Notes: generated by a model from the sequence alone, not told the origin. A stretch of DNA of 64,000 nt from an uncultured delta proteobacterium (GCA_963790475.1 CAWBOS010000010.1:1536001-1600000); one strand, 5' to 3'; shown: positions 1 to 8,847, numbered from the stretch's first letter. Made by a program: numbers and translations.

Positions 1-58
1 GACCGCGAGGGTCGGGGGATTTTGAGTCCCCTGCGTCTACCAGTTTCACCACTCCGGC
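1..58 (-). tRNA. tRNA-Leu(CAA), 3' end beyond window edge
   Basis: Reverse complement reads GCCGGAGTGGTGAAACTGGTAGACGCAGGGGACTCAAAATCCCCCG...; anticodon arm GGGGA-CTCAAAA-TCCCC followed by a long variable arm. Confidence 0.93.
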
Positions 59-69
59 ACGTTTGGAAA

Positions 70-153
70 CTATAAACAAAGGGGGCTGTTCCTGTCAAGA
101 AAAAATACGGAACAAAAAAAACATTGACACAGGAAACAAGAAGATGGTAAAAA
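70..153. promoter_or_regulatory. Divergent sigma70-like promoters for the two tRNAs
   Basis: Plus strand TTGACA (124-129) with TG-n-TAAAAA downstream; minus strand TTGACA (93-98) with TATAGT near 70. Confidence 0.5.
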
Positions 154-170
154 AAATACTTTAGGTTATC

Positions 171-246
171 GGGGCTGTAGCTCAGCTGGGAGAGCGCTTG
201 ACTGGCAGTCAAGAGGTCGACGGTTCGATCCCGTTCAGCTCCACCA
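171..246 (+). tRNA. tRNA-Ala(GGC), integration target of the island
   Basis: GGGGCTGTAGCTCAGCTGGGAGAGCG...; anticodon arm CTTGA-CTGGCAG-TCAAG; GGTTCGATCC T-loop; encoded CCA. Confidence 0.97.
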
Positions 247-247
247 A
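201..247 (+). repeat. attL core (47 bp)
   Basis: ACTGGCAGTCAAGAGGTCGACGGTTCGATCCCGTTCAGCTCCACCAA, identical to 59438-59484. Confidence 0.95.
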
Positions 248-256
248 TGAAAAATC

Positions 257-292
257 AAGGAGTTAGCCGTCACTGGTTAGCTCCTTTTTTTT
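257..292 (+). terminator. Rho-independent terminator after tRNA-Ala
   Basis: AAGGAGTTAGCC...GGTTAGCTCCTT hairpin followed by a T-run. Confidence 0.75.
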
Positions 293-1361
293 GTAAATTG
301 TGCTCTTTTTGTGCACTTGATTTTTCATTCATGGCTGAATCAAGAATCTTCACGGCGTTGACCTTATGACTCGGTGCAAGATGGGCGTACCTGAGGGTCA
401 TAGTCAAAGTTTTATGGCCCAATAACTCTTTAATGGTGGTGAGATCTACCCCACTCATTACAAGATGAGAGGCAAAGCAATGCCTCAGATCATGAAAGGT
501 AAAATCTTTAATTCCTGCTTTACAACAAGCAGTTTTAAACGACCGCTTAACGTCCTGGTAGTTTTTCCCTGTTTTAGTTTCATAGAATACCCAGGGAATA
601 TCCAATCTTCTTGGTCTCTTTTGAGTTCCTTTAAAGAGGTTTTCCAAGGATTCTTTGAGGGTCTGGTTAATCGGAATCTCCCTTCTTTCTCCATTCTTGG
701 TATGATCCAGAAGAACAAACCCATGCTTCAGATCCACCTGATCCCATCGTAGATTGAGAATCTCCGATTTACGACATCCGGTATTTAGGGCCATAGTAAC
801 AATGGGTTTCAAATGAGAATCACAGTGGTCTAAGAGACTTTGGATCTCTTCTTTAGAAAGATACCTTAACCGCCGGTTATTTTCTTCAAGCAGTTTTACT
901 TTCCTGATCCGCCTTAAAGTTTCTTCTTCCACCATATCCCATTCAACCGCCTTGGTGAACATATGCTTGATCGTGGCCAAAAACCGGTTGATTGTGGCCG
1001 GCTTATTGCCCTTATTGATTCTCTCTGTCTGGTATTGCTCAAGAAGCATAGAAGAAAACCGTCTCAGGGGCATATACCGAAAGGCAACAGTTAATTGATC
1101 GATCAGATAAGATTTGCTTTTAAAACACCTTTGCCTTTCAGCCCATTTAATATATTCTTCTGAAAGCTCCTTGAAACTGAAGTTGGCAATCTTCCTGACC
1201 TCCGGTTGTTTTCCTTCCTTAATAGTCTGTCTTCTTTTAATGAGTAGGGTCTCGGCATCCTTGAATTTAGACTCTTTCGATGATTCTCGTATAATCCGCC
1301 CATCAAGCCCGACATACCTGATCCAGTAAATATTTCCCCTTTTATAAATTCCTTTTGCCAT
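270..1361 (-). CDS. int: Tyrosine recombinase/integrase
   Basis: Motifs TGCRKSE, FHDLRH, LLGH and TLRYAH; N-terminal arm-binding region GIYKRGNIYWIRY. Start placed at ATG 1361 behind a GGGGGTG RBS. Confidence 0.95.
   Translation of the reverse strand: MAKGIYKRGNIYWIRYVGLDGRIIRESSKESKFKDAETLLIKRRQTIKEGKQPEVRKIANFSFKELSEEYIKWAERQRCFKSKSYLIDQLTVAFRYMPLRRFSSMLLEQYQTERINKGNKPATINRFLATIKHMFTKAVEWDMVEEETLRRIRKVKLLEENNRRLRYLSKEEIQSLLDHCDSHLKPIVTMALNTGCRKSEILNLRWDQVDLKHGFVLLDHTKNGERREIPINQTLKESLENLFKGTQKRPRRLDIPWVFYETKTGKNYQDVKRSFKTACCKAGIKDFTFHDLRHCFASHLVMSGVDLTTIKELLGHKTLTMTLRYAHLAPSHKVNAVKILDSAMNEKSSAQKEHNLQKKGANQ
298..316 (+). repeat. Putative integrase arm-type binding sites
   Basis: TTGTGCTC/TTGTGCAC with an 11-bp period; related pairs at 1630-1649 (inverted) and 59300-59318. 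Confidence 0.6.
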
Positions 1362-1581
1362 ACTCTTTTTCACCCCCTTTCCCGTCCTTTGATTTTCGTT
1401 TACCGAACTCCTGCTCCAACTTTCCAAGAAGAATCCTTGCGGTCATCGATGGAATAATTATCCCCTTCTCCCATCGATAAACCGTATTAAGGGCAACCCC
1501 GGTTAATTCTCCCAATTCCTTTTGGGTAAGTCCCTGACTCTTTCTGAATTCTTCAATCTCTCTTGGAGTCCAGGCTTTTAT
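1342..1581 (-). CDS. XRE/Cro-like HTH regulator with non-canonical ATA start (absent from ORF track)
   Basis: Manual translation: (I/M)KAWTPREIEEFRKSQGLTQKELGELTGVALNTVYRWEKG...; its 3' end overlaps the integrase start. Confidence 0.75.
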   Translation of the reverse strand: MKAWTPREIEEFRKSQGLTQKELGELTGVALNTVYRWEKGIIIPSMTARILLGKLEQEFGKRKSKDGKGGEKEYGKRNL

Positions 1582-1594
1582 GGGCTTATTTAAC

Positions 1595-1609
1595 TCTACT
1601 TAAAGTAGA
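1595..1609. promoter_or_regulatory. Palindromic operator inside the promoter of the XRE-int unit
   Basis: TCTACTT-A-AAGTAGA lies between minus-strand TTGACG and TTAAAT. Confidence 0.6.
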
Positions 1610-1705
1610 ATCGTCAAGAACTTTTTTTAGTGCACAATTTAGAGCACACAACATTTTAATGACTTGAATTCATAAATATTTTTTCCATGATTACATGATA
1701 TACAA

Positions 1706-2023
1706 TCAAGAGGTCATCTTTTTGGTTCGGACCAAATTTAATAATGGAAGCGGCTTAACATTTTGTTCGCTCAACCATTTATCTATCTGATTTTTCCTGA
1801 ACTTTATTAAGCCTCCCCCAAGTTTTATGAAAGGAATTTCTTTTAAGGATGTTTTCTTGTAAACCCAATCGGCACTGACTCCCAGATATTGAGATAGACC
1901 CTTTACATCGAAAAAAACATCTTCATCATGACCCTTTAGTAAAAGTGGTTTTAATTCCTTAACCACTCCTCGAATGATTTCGTCAATAAGCCCTTGGGTA
2001 TCAAAATCAATTTTCGCTTCCAT
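1706..2023 (-). CDS. Excisionase-like HTH DNA-binding protein
   Basis: FDVKGLSQYLGVSADWVYK...IPFIKLGG..IKFRKNQIDKWL is a typical HTH_17/Xis pattern. Confidence 0.8.
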   Translation of the reverse strand: MEAKIDFDTQGLIDEIIRGVVKELKPLLLKGHDEDVFFDVKGLSQYLGVSADWVYKKTSLKEIPFIKLGGGLIKFRKNQIDKWLSEQNVKPLPLLNLVRTKKMTS

Positions 2024-2064
2024 AAGTCCTTAACCTAATTGTCGGTTCCTGTCCCTGATTAATT

Positions 2065-2586
2065 TCATTTTGCTTGGCAAGAGATGGAGACACCGGCGGC
2101 CCTGGCCTTGAACTCATCCAGGGCCAGCAAGGCCCTTTCCTGATCTTGGTTAAAGGTTGCCGTCTCTACCTGTGGCGACAGACCTGTGCCGCCGTTGACG
2201 ATCTGATCGGTCAGTTTGGCTTTTAGTTTGGTGAGCAGGTCCGATTTGTAAGGGGTGAAGCTGGACTGGATCACCTCGCCGGGTATGGCCATGTCTTCCA
2301 GGGTCAGGTCCGGAAAAATGGGGGCATCCGGGGATGCGGGATAAACCGGTGTAAAATTTCTCGGTTTGACCGGCCTGGTCCCGTTAATGCCGCCCAGGGA
2401 AGGGCCGGTGGTAGGCTGGACCTGGATGTTGCCATCCACATTGATGGTCGGCTCAAATTCCCTCAGAGCCTTGATAGCCCCGGAGGCCAGTTTATAGGGC
2501 GAAGAGGCGTTACTCCGGGCCCTCAGGAGCCCGGTGGTGACCAGGTTTCCGGTGTTTTGGCTGCCTTGAATATAGGGTACAGTCAT
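2065..2586 (-). pseudogene. Truncated phage virion-type protein
   Basis: Higher GC than its neighbours; NGGTGLSPQVETATFNQDQER resembles phage structural proteins; ends abruptly. Confidence 0.4.
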
Positions 2587-2874
2587 TTAAAACCTTCTTT
2601 TGCCTGTTCGGCGATTAATTATCGACAAGAAACTGTAGACACTCGATTTTCTGGGAAAGAACTGAGTCAAAACTATCAGAACAAATCTGATTTTCATGGA
2701 AACGTAAAGTCTTAAAAAAAAGCTTATCGCGGAGACCACGCCGGTCTTTCCGCTATTTGCTTAGAAGGCCCTGGATTATTTTTACCGCGCGGCTATTTAG
2801 TAAAATTTTCTTCATTCAACATTTCCATGATTTCCAAATCTACTTTTTTTTCACGATTCATTGAAGAGCCCTTT

Positions 2875-3132
2875 TTAATTTGTTTTAGGAGATCTCAAAA
2901 TTATTTCAATTTTCTGGTTGTGTTCCATCTCTCTTGGGAAAACATCATCGATCGAAGCATTAAGGGCTTTGGAAATTCGTTCTTTCTCGTAACTGTGGGG
3001 ATTTTTAAGCCCCCTCTCGACCAGATAGATAAGTTGAGCCGGAATCTTGCTGAGGAGTTGAAGATCGTAGCCAGACAAGTTTTTTTTAATCCGAATCTCG
3101 CGAAGTCAATTTCTTTTTCTGATTAATGCCAT
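2875..3132 (-). pseudogene. XRE HTH regulator with a nonsense codon
   Basis: MALIRKRN*LREIRIKKNLSGYDLQ...LVERG; in-frame TGA at 3106-3108, probably from CGA. Confidence 0.7.
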
Positions 3133-3170
3133 TTGATTTCTCCTGTTTCCTTTGAATAAAATTTTAAACG

Positions 3171-3292
3171 TTATTGTTTATAAAAGAAATTAATCCAGCC
3201 CATAACTTGAGGATAGAAGTAATGGGTTCTTCGAATCCTTTGCCACCCCTGCGCCCCCCGTAAAGGGGAAGTCTGATTCTGTATATTTTTGC
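3171..3292 (-). repeat. Duplicated leader element, copy 1 (copy 2 at ~6506-6625)
   Basis: Both copies share TTGTTTATAAAA...ATCCAGCCCATAACTTG.GGAT.GAAGTAATGGGTT...ATCCTTTGC. Confidence 0.75.
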
Positions 3293-3400
3293 ACGGTCCT
3301 TGAATGCCAATCGTAATTGACACCATCCCCAATCTGGAAGATTTTTCGATATCCCCTATTCCTAAAATAGCGATCTTTATGCATCGGGCTTTTTATTTGG

Positions 3401-3637
3401 CCTTCATTGTGGGTTTCATAATTTGTTCAATTTGATAATTATAATAAAATGTGATAGTTATAATCAATCCCCTGTGGGCTTCATCGTGGGGTTCATCGAG
3501 ATTTGATATTACTTGATGAACCCGGTTCTATATGGTCTTCATCATTGGATTCGCTATGGTATTCATATCTTTTTTAATTGTTAAATATTTAATGATTTGT
3601 TATAATCACTATACATCCTTCATTGTGGTGCTCATTG
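3401..3637. repeat. Iteron-like TTCAT cluster
   Basis: CCTTCATTGTGG at 3401 and 3617, GCTTCATCGTGG at 3478, plus further TTCAT units separated by AT-rich spacers. Confidence 0.6.
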
Positions 3638-3643
3638 TTAGCT

Positions 3644-3865
3644 TTATTTAGCCATCCTTGAAAGCCGATGAAAATACCTTACCGCCCTCAAAAAATCACA
3701 TAAGATCTCTGACGCCCAAACTTTTGTTTGCAAGTGTTCCACCCAATCATTAATCTCTGATTGGGTCCGACATTCGTCAAGATCAACCTCGTTCCCGCCC
3801 ATAACATCAAAAACAAGAACCAGACGATCCAAATCTATCGCAACCTTTCCCATCACTATTTCCAT
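3644..3865 (-). CDS. Hypothetical protein
   Basis: 73-aa ORF with an AAGGAA RBS, co-oriented with the backbone. Confidence 0.55.
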   Translation of the reverse strand: MEIVMGKVAIDLDRLVLVFDVMGGNEVDLDECRTQSEINDWVEHLQTKVWASEILCDFLRAVRYFHRLSRMAK

Positions 3866-3958
3866 TTCATTATTCCTTTCATAATTTTTTTACCCACCCT
3901 ACCCTTCCCCGGGGGCTCGGTCCCAGGGCACGCCGATAAATTTTTATCCTCTTATCTC

Positions 3959-4140
3959 GTTCACCATTCACCCCCTATAGGGGGGGTGGGTGAATGAACG
4001 GAACCCGTTCACTATGGGGTTCACTCTTACTGATCCTGAATGTTTAAAAATTCCATATAGTTAAAAATTCCTATTCACTTCCATTCACCACCTGTTCATT
4101 ATTTCCCAAAAGTGTCCCGTTCACCGTTTCGTTCACCACT
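3959..4140. repeat. Putative replication origin (TTCAC iterons) just downstream of the primase-helicase
   Basis: About ten (G/A)TTCAC units, inverted GTGAA/TGAAC copies and the palindrome CCCCCTATAGGGGG (3971-3984). Confidence 0.65.
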
Positions 4141-4166
4141 TTTAAGCTGCTTTACAGATATATTTT

Positions 4167-5972
4167 TCACCCATGAACGATCTGAAATCCGCTCGGTGTC
4201 AGCTTGCCGAGCGGACTCAAAAGACCGGCTTTGATGGCGTCCTTTTTGATCTTGGTAATATAGCTCTTGGCAACCCCGACCTGTTCTTTGATCCCATCAT
4301 ATGAAATGCCCTCATCGAGGAGGCGCAGGATTTCCAACCGGGTCTGCTTTTTAACGTTACCCCAAGACCAGATCATTCCGCCGGTCGGGTCTTCAATTAA
4401 CTGGAATTGACAATCTTGAATTAAAGGGAGGTCTTTTGTATTCACCCGGGCCTTTGAGAACGATACGATAAATTTCGCTCCGTCCTCTGCGGTATAATCA
4501 AATGGTTTTTTAAGAACTATCGAATAATCCAGATTGTCTTCTCGGGCACTGGTTCCCCTTTGTTCACCACTTTTGCCTGTGTGGTGAAGCATCAACGTTG
4601 ATATTCCAGCAAAGCGCAGGTCCAGCAGCCAAGCATTTATGGGGCTCCATTCCTTCGCTGAATTTTCATCAATTCCACCGGTCAGGGAAACCAGGTTGTC
4701 GATAATGAACAGCTTAATGTGCCTGGTCAAAAGCAGCCTTTTGACCGTACCCCGCCAGGTCTCGTTTAACAGATTAGCCCGTTGTAGCCCGGCCGCACTC
4801 GCCATGGCGTCGGAGTAGACGTAGAGAGGGGCTTTCCGGATGTTATTTGGATTGAGAGAAACAATCCGTTCTTGAGTATCAGTGGTGCTCATTTCACCAT
4901 CCAGGACCAAGGTTGAAACGGCCTCAGTCTGCCATGGTCCGAATGACTCATTACGTGTGATGGCATCAGCTATTGAATCCGCGAACCAAGTCTTACCGGT
5001 CCCCCGGGGTGCTGTTAATAAGCCGGTGCTATTTTCCTGCAACCAGGGACTAACAATTTTTCTTCGTTCAGGCAATTCAACCCGAATGAAGTCTCCGGCC
5101 TCCATGACGATATCGTCCAGGGTCTTTTTATGAGGCGGTTCATATTTTTGGGCCCTCTCGATCATTAAGGCCAGTTGGTCCCTTGCTAATTTTGAATTCC
5201 CGACTTTCACAATCCAGTCGGACATATCCCCCTTGCTTGGAAGATCCGGGAGGTCCAGCCATTTCAGTGAAGCCGCAATACCTCTTAAAGAGGCCCCAAT
5301 TTTAACCATACTTTCGCGGCCCACTCCATCGTTGTCAGGAACGAGGACAACTCGTTTTCCTTTTAAGGATGAGCTATATTCGGCCCGCCATTTCCCAGCC
5401 CCCATGGGAGAAGTCGTTGCGACAAAACCCAGGGCCTTAAGATTTTCAACATCCTTTTCGCCTTCAACAATAATGACTTCTTCCGCTGATGTAATTGCTG
5501 GCAAATCATACAAAACCGGTTCGATGCCTTTCAGGTTCCAAATCCAACCACCGTTTCCATTCGGGCGCCGCTGAGAAAAGCCTTTGGGCTCGAAACGGGC
5601 GACCTGAAAGACAAGATTTCCTTTTGCGTCGACATAATCGTAAGTTTTAACGATCCGACGCTTTTGCTCCTCATGGGATATTTCGAAATCATTGGAAATC
5701 CCACGGAGTATTTTTCCAAAATCAGTTTTGGTCTCCAGGCCATTGATCTTCCCGTAAAAATGAATGATATCGCCCTTTTTCCCGCATCCATGACAAAAAT
5801 ATTGTCCGTTTTGGTTATTAAAATTGAAAGAAGGGTCTGAGTCCGCGTGGAAAGGACAAAGGGCCAAAAATTCATCGCCGCCGATTTGCTTGACTTTTTG
5901 AAGATATTTCGAATAAAAAGTCTGATAATTTCCCTTGAAATAATTCTGTATCGCTTCCTTAGTGGTATCCAT
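4167..5972 (-). CDS. Primase-helicase (CHC2 zinc finger + TOPRIM + AAA/RepA-like helicase)
   Basis: CPFH...CHGC; IIVEGEKD and LVPDND; Walker A APRGTGKT, IIDNL and LHHTGK. Confidence 0.92.
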   Translation of the reverse strand: MDTTKEAIQNYFKGNYQTFYSKYLQKVKQIGGDEFLALCPFHADSDPSFNFNNQNGQYFCHGCGKKGDIIHFYGKINGLETKTDFGKILRGISNDFEISHEEQKRRIVKTYDYVDAKGNLVFQVARFEPKGFSQRRPNGNGGWIWNLKGIEPVLYDLPAITSAEEVIIVEGEKDVENLKALGFVATTSPMGAGKWRAEYSSSLKGKRVVLVPDNDGVGRESMVKIGASLRGIAASLKWLDLPDLPSKGDMSDWIVKVGNSKLARDQLALMIERAQKYEPPHKKTLDDIVMEAGDFIRVELPERRKIVSPWLQENSTGLLTAPRGTGKTWFADSIADAITRNESFGPWQTEAVSTLVLDGEMSTTDTQERIVSLNPNNIRKAPLYVYSDAMASAAGLQRANLLNETWRGTVKRLLLTRHIKLFIIDNLVSLTGGIDENSAKEWSPINAWLLDLRFAGISTLMLHHTGKSGEQRGTSAREDNLDYSIVLKKPFDYTAEDGAKFIVSFSKARVNTKDLPLIQDCQFQLIEDPTGGMIWSWGNVKKQTRLEILRLLDEGISYDGIKEQVGVAKSYITKIKKDAIKAGLLSPLGKLTPSGFQIVHG

Positions 5973-6105
5973 TCCGAGCCTCAAAAATTATTTTTTAAAT
6001 TGGCCGATAAACGATCAGAAGGACGAACATCACCCCCCGAATCAAGCTGAGGACATCCGCTTACCATAAGCTCACCGGGGTTGCCGTGGGCATCCCGTGA
6101 TGGTT

Positions 6106-6405
6106 TTATTTTTCGAATTTCCGAAAAAATCTCTTGGTCCATGATTGTGGGGAGACAACCCTTGGTCTTTGACCTTCAACCAATTGCCGAAAATACATAT
6201 TCATCCCACGAAGAACCTCATCGATAATGGGTCGAAAAACCTCTTGAATGTCATAGTCATAGTAAGTAGGAAGTTCAGCATCCTCAATTTGACAGGTGAC
6301 TAAGCCAGAATCGCCCTTTGTCACCCTTACCTGGACGTTGAAAAAAACTGATCCCATTTTTTCTGTCTTAGGGCCCTGGTCGAACAATCCCAAAGTTTCT
6401 TTCAT
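6106..6405 (-). CDS. Hypothetical protein
   Basis: 99-aa ORF co-oriented with and upstream of the primase. Confidence 0.55.
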   Translation of the reverse strand: MKETLGLFDQGPKTEKMGSVFFNVQVRVTKGDSGLVTCQIEDAELPTYYDYDIQEVFRPIIDEVLRGMNMYFRQLVEGQRPRVVSPQSWTKRFFRKFEK

Positions 6406-6505
6406 CTTGGTATCCCTGCTTTCTCTTTTTTCTTACGTGTCGACCATTCGGGTTAAAGGCCCTCAACCAGGACCTCACAGCCATCTGATGTTTTCCTTAT
6501 AGCAG

Positions 6506-6625
6506 TTGTTGTTTATAAAAAAGATTGATCCAGCCCATAACTTGGGGATGGAAGTAATGGGTTGACAAATCCTTTGCTGGCCAGTCCCTCCCTTTAACGG
6601 GTGATTCAATTCTCGTATATTTTGC
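6506..6625 (-). repeat. Duplicated leader element, copy 2
   Basis: Matches 3171-3292. Confidence 0.75.
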
Positions 6626-6781
6626 TAAAAACAGGAAAATGCTGGAAGGATGCCCTTAAGGTTATCGCTGGCCGGTTTTCAACCTTATACCCGGCCTGAA
6701 ATAACTCAGGGTTTCATGGAAAGGATGGTTTGAGGCCTTAAACTCTGGGGTAGGTAGGAATTTGGGGGGAATTAAAAAGAA

Positions 6782-8434
6782 CTATGACGGTAGTGTGATT
6801 TTATTGAGGAGATTTTGGAGTCCTTTTGGATTACGGCTTATTCTTTTTCCAATGATCTGTAAGGAAATTTTTCCGGGTGTCATTGAAAACTCTTTTGAGT
6901 AAAAAGAGCATTCTTTACATTTTGGGTCCTCACCAGGCGAGCATTGCTCTTTTCTGATTTTCAGTTTGAGTATATTACAATAAATTATCTTTGATTTATC
7001 CCCTTTTTCAAATAAAGTGCTTGCTAAAATCGAGAGTTCATCTTTCCTTAACACTTCCAGGATTTTTGGAAATGCCACCTTAATTTCTTCTGCAGCATCT
7101 TTGTCTTCTAAGCTTACATACTCGAATTCGCGCCTAATATCATTAATGATGTCCAGGAGTTCCTTATGGTTATATTTTAACAGGACAATTTGGTAAGGCA
7201 TTATAATAGAGCGTCCCCGGGTGCCTCCTTGGGTTTTCGGAAAAAATTCATGCAATTTATCGAGTACAGACTTATCCAATTCCGGCCAGCTTTTTCTTTC
7301 TAAAACTTGGGCTCGGGCCTTATATACGCAATCTATCCACTGTTTCTCTATTGTGTCAGACATTATTGGTGAAAGAACACGCCGTTTTTTTAGATCCTGT
7401 TTCAATAATTGACGAAAATCGTCATCAGTCCAATTCTTCACCTTAAAATCCATTTCCTCAAAAGCCCCGCGGATGGCAGTGATGATTTCTTTCAAAATTT
7501 TCGAGATCTGCAATTTTTTGTCCTTCTCAGCCTCCTCGGCCATCTGTATAATCAATTTTTCTATAACCAGCATCTTCTCTTTAGGCTTATTCAAGTCCAA
7601 CCCATAACCCTTGGCGATGTCTCCTATCTTCTCGGGGCCGTAAGCCGTAGAGATCCGATTCATCACCTGTTTGAATCCATCTCTCAAAAGCCCGTGGACT
7701 CCCAAAAGTCCAATCAGTTCATAACCTGTGGTTTTTTGAATATCGGTTATGCAATCGGCTACCAAGTAAATAGTATTGGTCTCAGGGTCAATGGCCCCTT
7801 CGTATTGACCTTTTTCCGAAATATCAACCGAAAGATGCTTGGGAAGATCACTTATGCGGGCTACCACTGTAATTTTAATATTCGGAATCATCTGAACAAT
7901 TTTGGAGCAAATACGATCAAGAATCGTCCTCATCAGACCGATGTTCATGTTCAAATCACCTGCCCCATAAGAATCAAATATTTTCATTACCTCAATAATT
8001 TTTTCTTCCGGACAGGCTAAATCTTTTAACTCTCCCTTGTTCCATCTATAGAGAAATGGATACTTCCTTCGTATTTCTCCTATTACAGATAAGTCCGGCG
8101 GTTGCTTATGGGAATCAATATCCTCTTTCCCTCTAAAAAGAAAAGGGAGCCTCCTTTTCATTTCTTCTATTTCAGATAAATTCAGAGGCTGCCCATTGAG
8201 ATCGGTATCCACTTCACCCACAAGCTTCCCTGTGGGAGCCTCTATATGCCATTTTTTACGACATATTTTTATATGTTCATCGCGGAGAAATTCATTTTCA
8301 AATGTCTGAAGGCAAAGTGGGCATGATTGAGACTCTTCGGGTTCGGGAGGTTCTGCTGGAGAAGCTTTCGTGAGGGGAATAGTTTTCTGTTGCTTTTTAG
8401 TCTTTCGGGTTAAAGTCTGTGATTTATCCTTCAA
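6782..8434 (-). CDS. Hypothetical protein with C2H2-like zinc finger and degenerate zincin-like (polyvalent-protein) domain
   Basis: CPLC...HIKIC; EGAIDPETNTIYLVADCI...YELIGLLGVHGLL; TTG start behind a CAGGAGG RBS. Confidence 0.7.
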   Translation of the reverse strand: MKDKSQTLTRKTKKQQKTIPLTKASPAEPPEPEESQSCPLCLQTFENEFLRDEHIKICRKKWHIEAPTGKLVGEVDTDLNGQPLNLSEIEEMKRRLPFLFRGKEDIDSHKQPPDLSVIGEIRRKYPFLYRWNKGELKDLACPEEKIIEVMKIFDSYGAGDLNMNIGLMRTILDRICSKIVQMIPNIKITVVARISDLPKHLSVDISEKGQYEGAIDPETNTIYLVADCITDIQKTTGYELIGLLGVHGLLRDGFKQVMNRISTAYGPEKIGDIAKGYGLDLNKPKEKMLVIEKLIIQMAEEAEKDKKLQISKILKEIITAIRGAFEEMDFKVKNWTDDDFRQLLKQDLKKRRVLSPIMSDTIEKQWIDCVYKARAQVLERKSWPELDKSVLDKLHEFFPKTQGGTRGRSIIMPYQIVLLKYNHKELLDIINDIRREFEYVSLEDKDAAEEIKVAFPKILEVLRKDELSILASTLFEKGDKSKIIYCNILKLKIRKEQCSPGEDPKCKECSFYSKEFSMTPGKISLQIIGKRISRNPKGLQNLLNKITLPS

Positions 8435-8444
8435 TTCCGCCTCC

Positions 8445-8532
8445 TGTGGGCACTCCTGGAAGTTTCCAGAGGAAGGCCGGCCAGGATTTCCGGCCGTGTC
8501 GATCCTGATGATCAGTCAGGATCTATCCCCTG
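8445..8532. ncRNA. Candidate structured RNA (c4-like, uncertain)
   Basis: Stacked hairpins CTGGAA..TTCCAG, GGCCGG-CCAGGATTT-CCGGCC and TCCTGA-TGATCAG-TCAGGA directly upstream of the 550-aa gene. Confidence 0.4.
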
Positions 8533-8705
8533 GAAATTAAAAATAAAAAAATAGCTCTCTTGAAACTCCATTGTGCTTTCTTCTCTCGTCTCCCGAGACA
8601 TCATGCCTATTCCGAAAATTCCGGCCAGGGGGTCGGAGCGAAGCGACGCCGGGTGAAGCATTATACAATGTAGTGGGCCACCTAAGTCAAGGGAGACGTG
8701 TTTTT

Positions 8706-8746
8706 GGTAGTGGGTCAGTTTGAAGTAATCAAACTGACCCACTACC
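8706..8746. mobile_element. 41-bp minimal IS/MITE with 18-bp perfect TIRs and 8-bp target duplication
   Basis: GTGTTTTT|GGTAGTGGGTCAGTTTGA-AGTAA-TCAAACTGACCCACTACC|GTGTTTTT. Confidence 0.85.
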
Positions 8747-8847
8747 GTGTTTTTGGCATGGAATCTCCTTTGAGGGTTATTTTATCCTGAAAACCATTTT
8801 TCAGCTAAAAAAGGCTGTAAATATAGGCGGAATACGTATTTTTAGGA

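Noticed and set aside
270-1361. Integron integrase serving the attC-like sites
   Set aside because: It has a phage-type architecture with an arm-binding N-terminus and a tRNA target; no IntI-specific insertion was recognised.
8512-8742. 76-aa ORF
   Set aside because: It starts inside the TIR element and runs through structured non-coding sequence.
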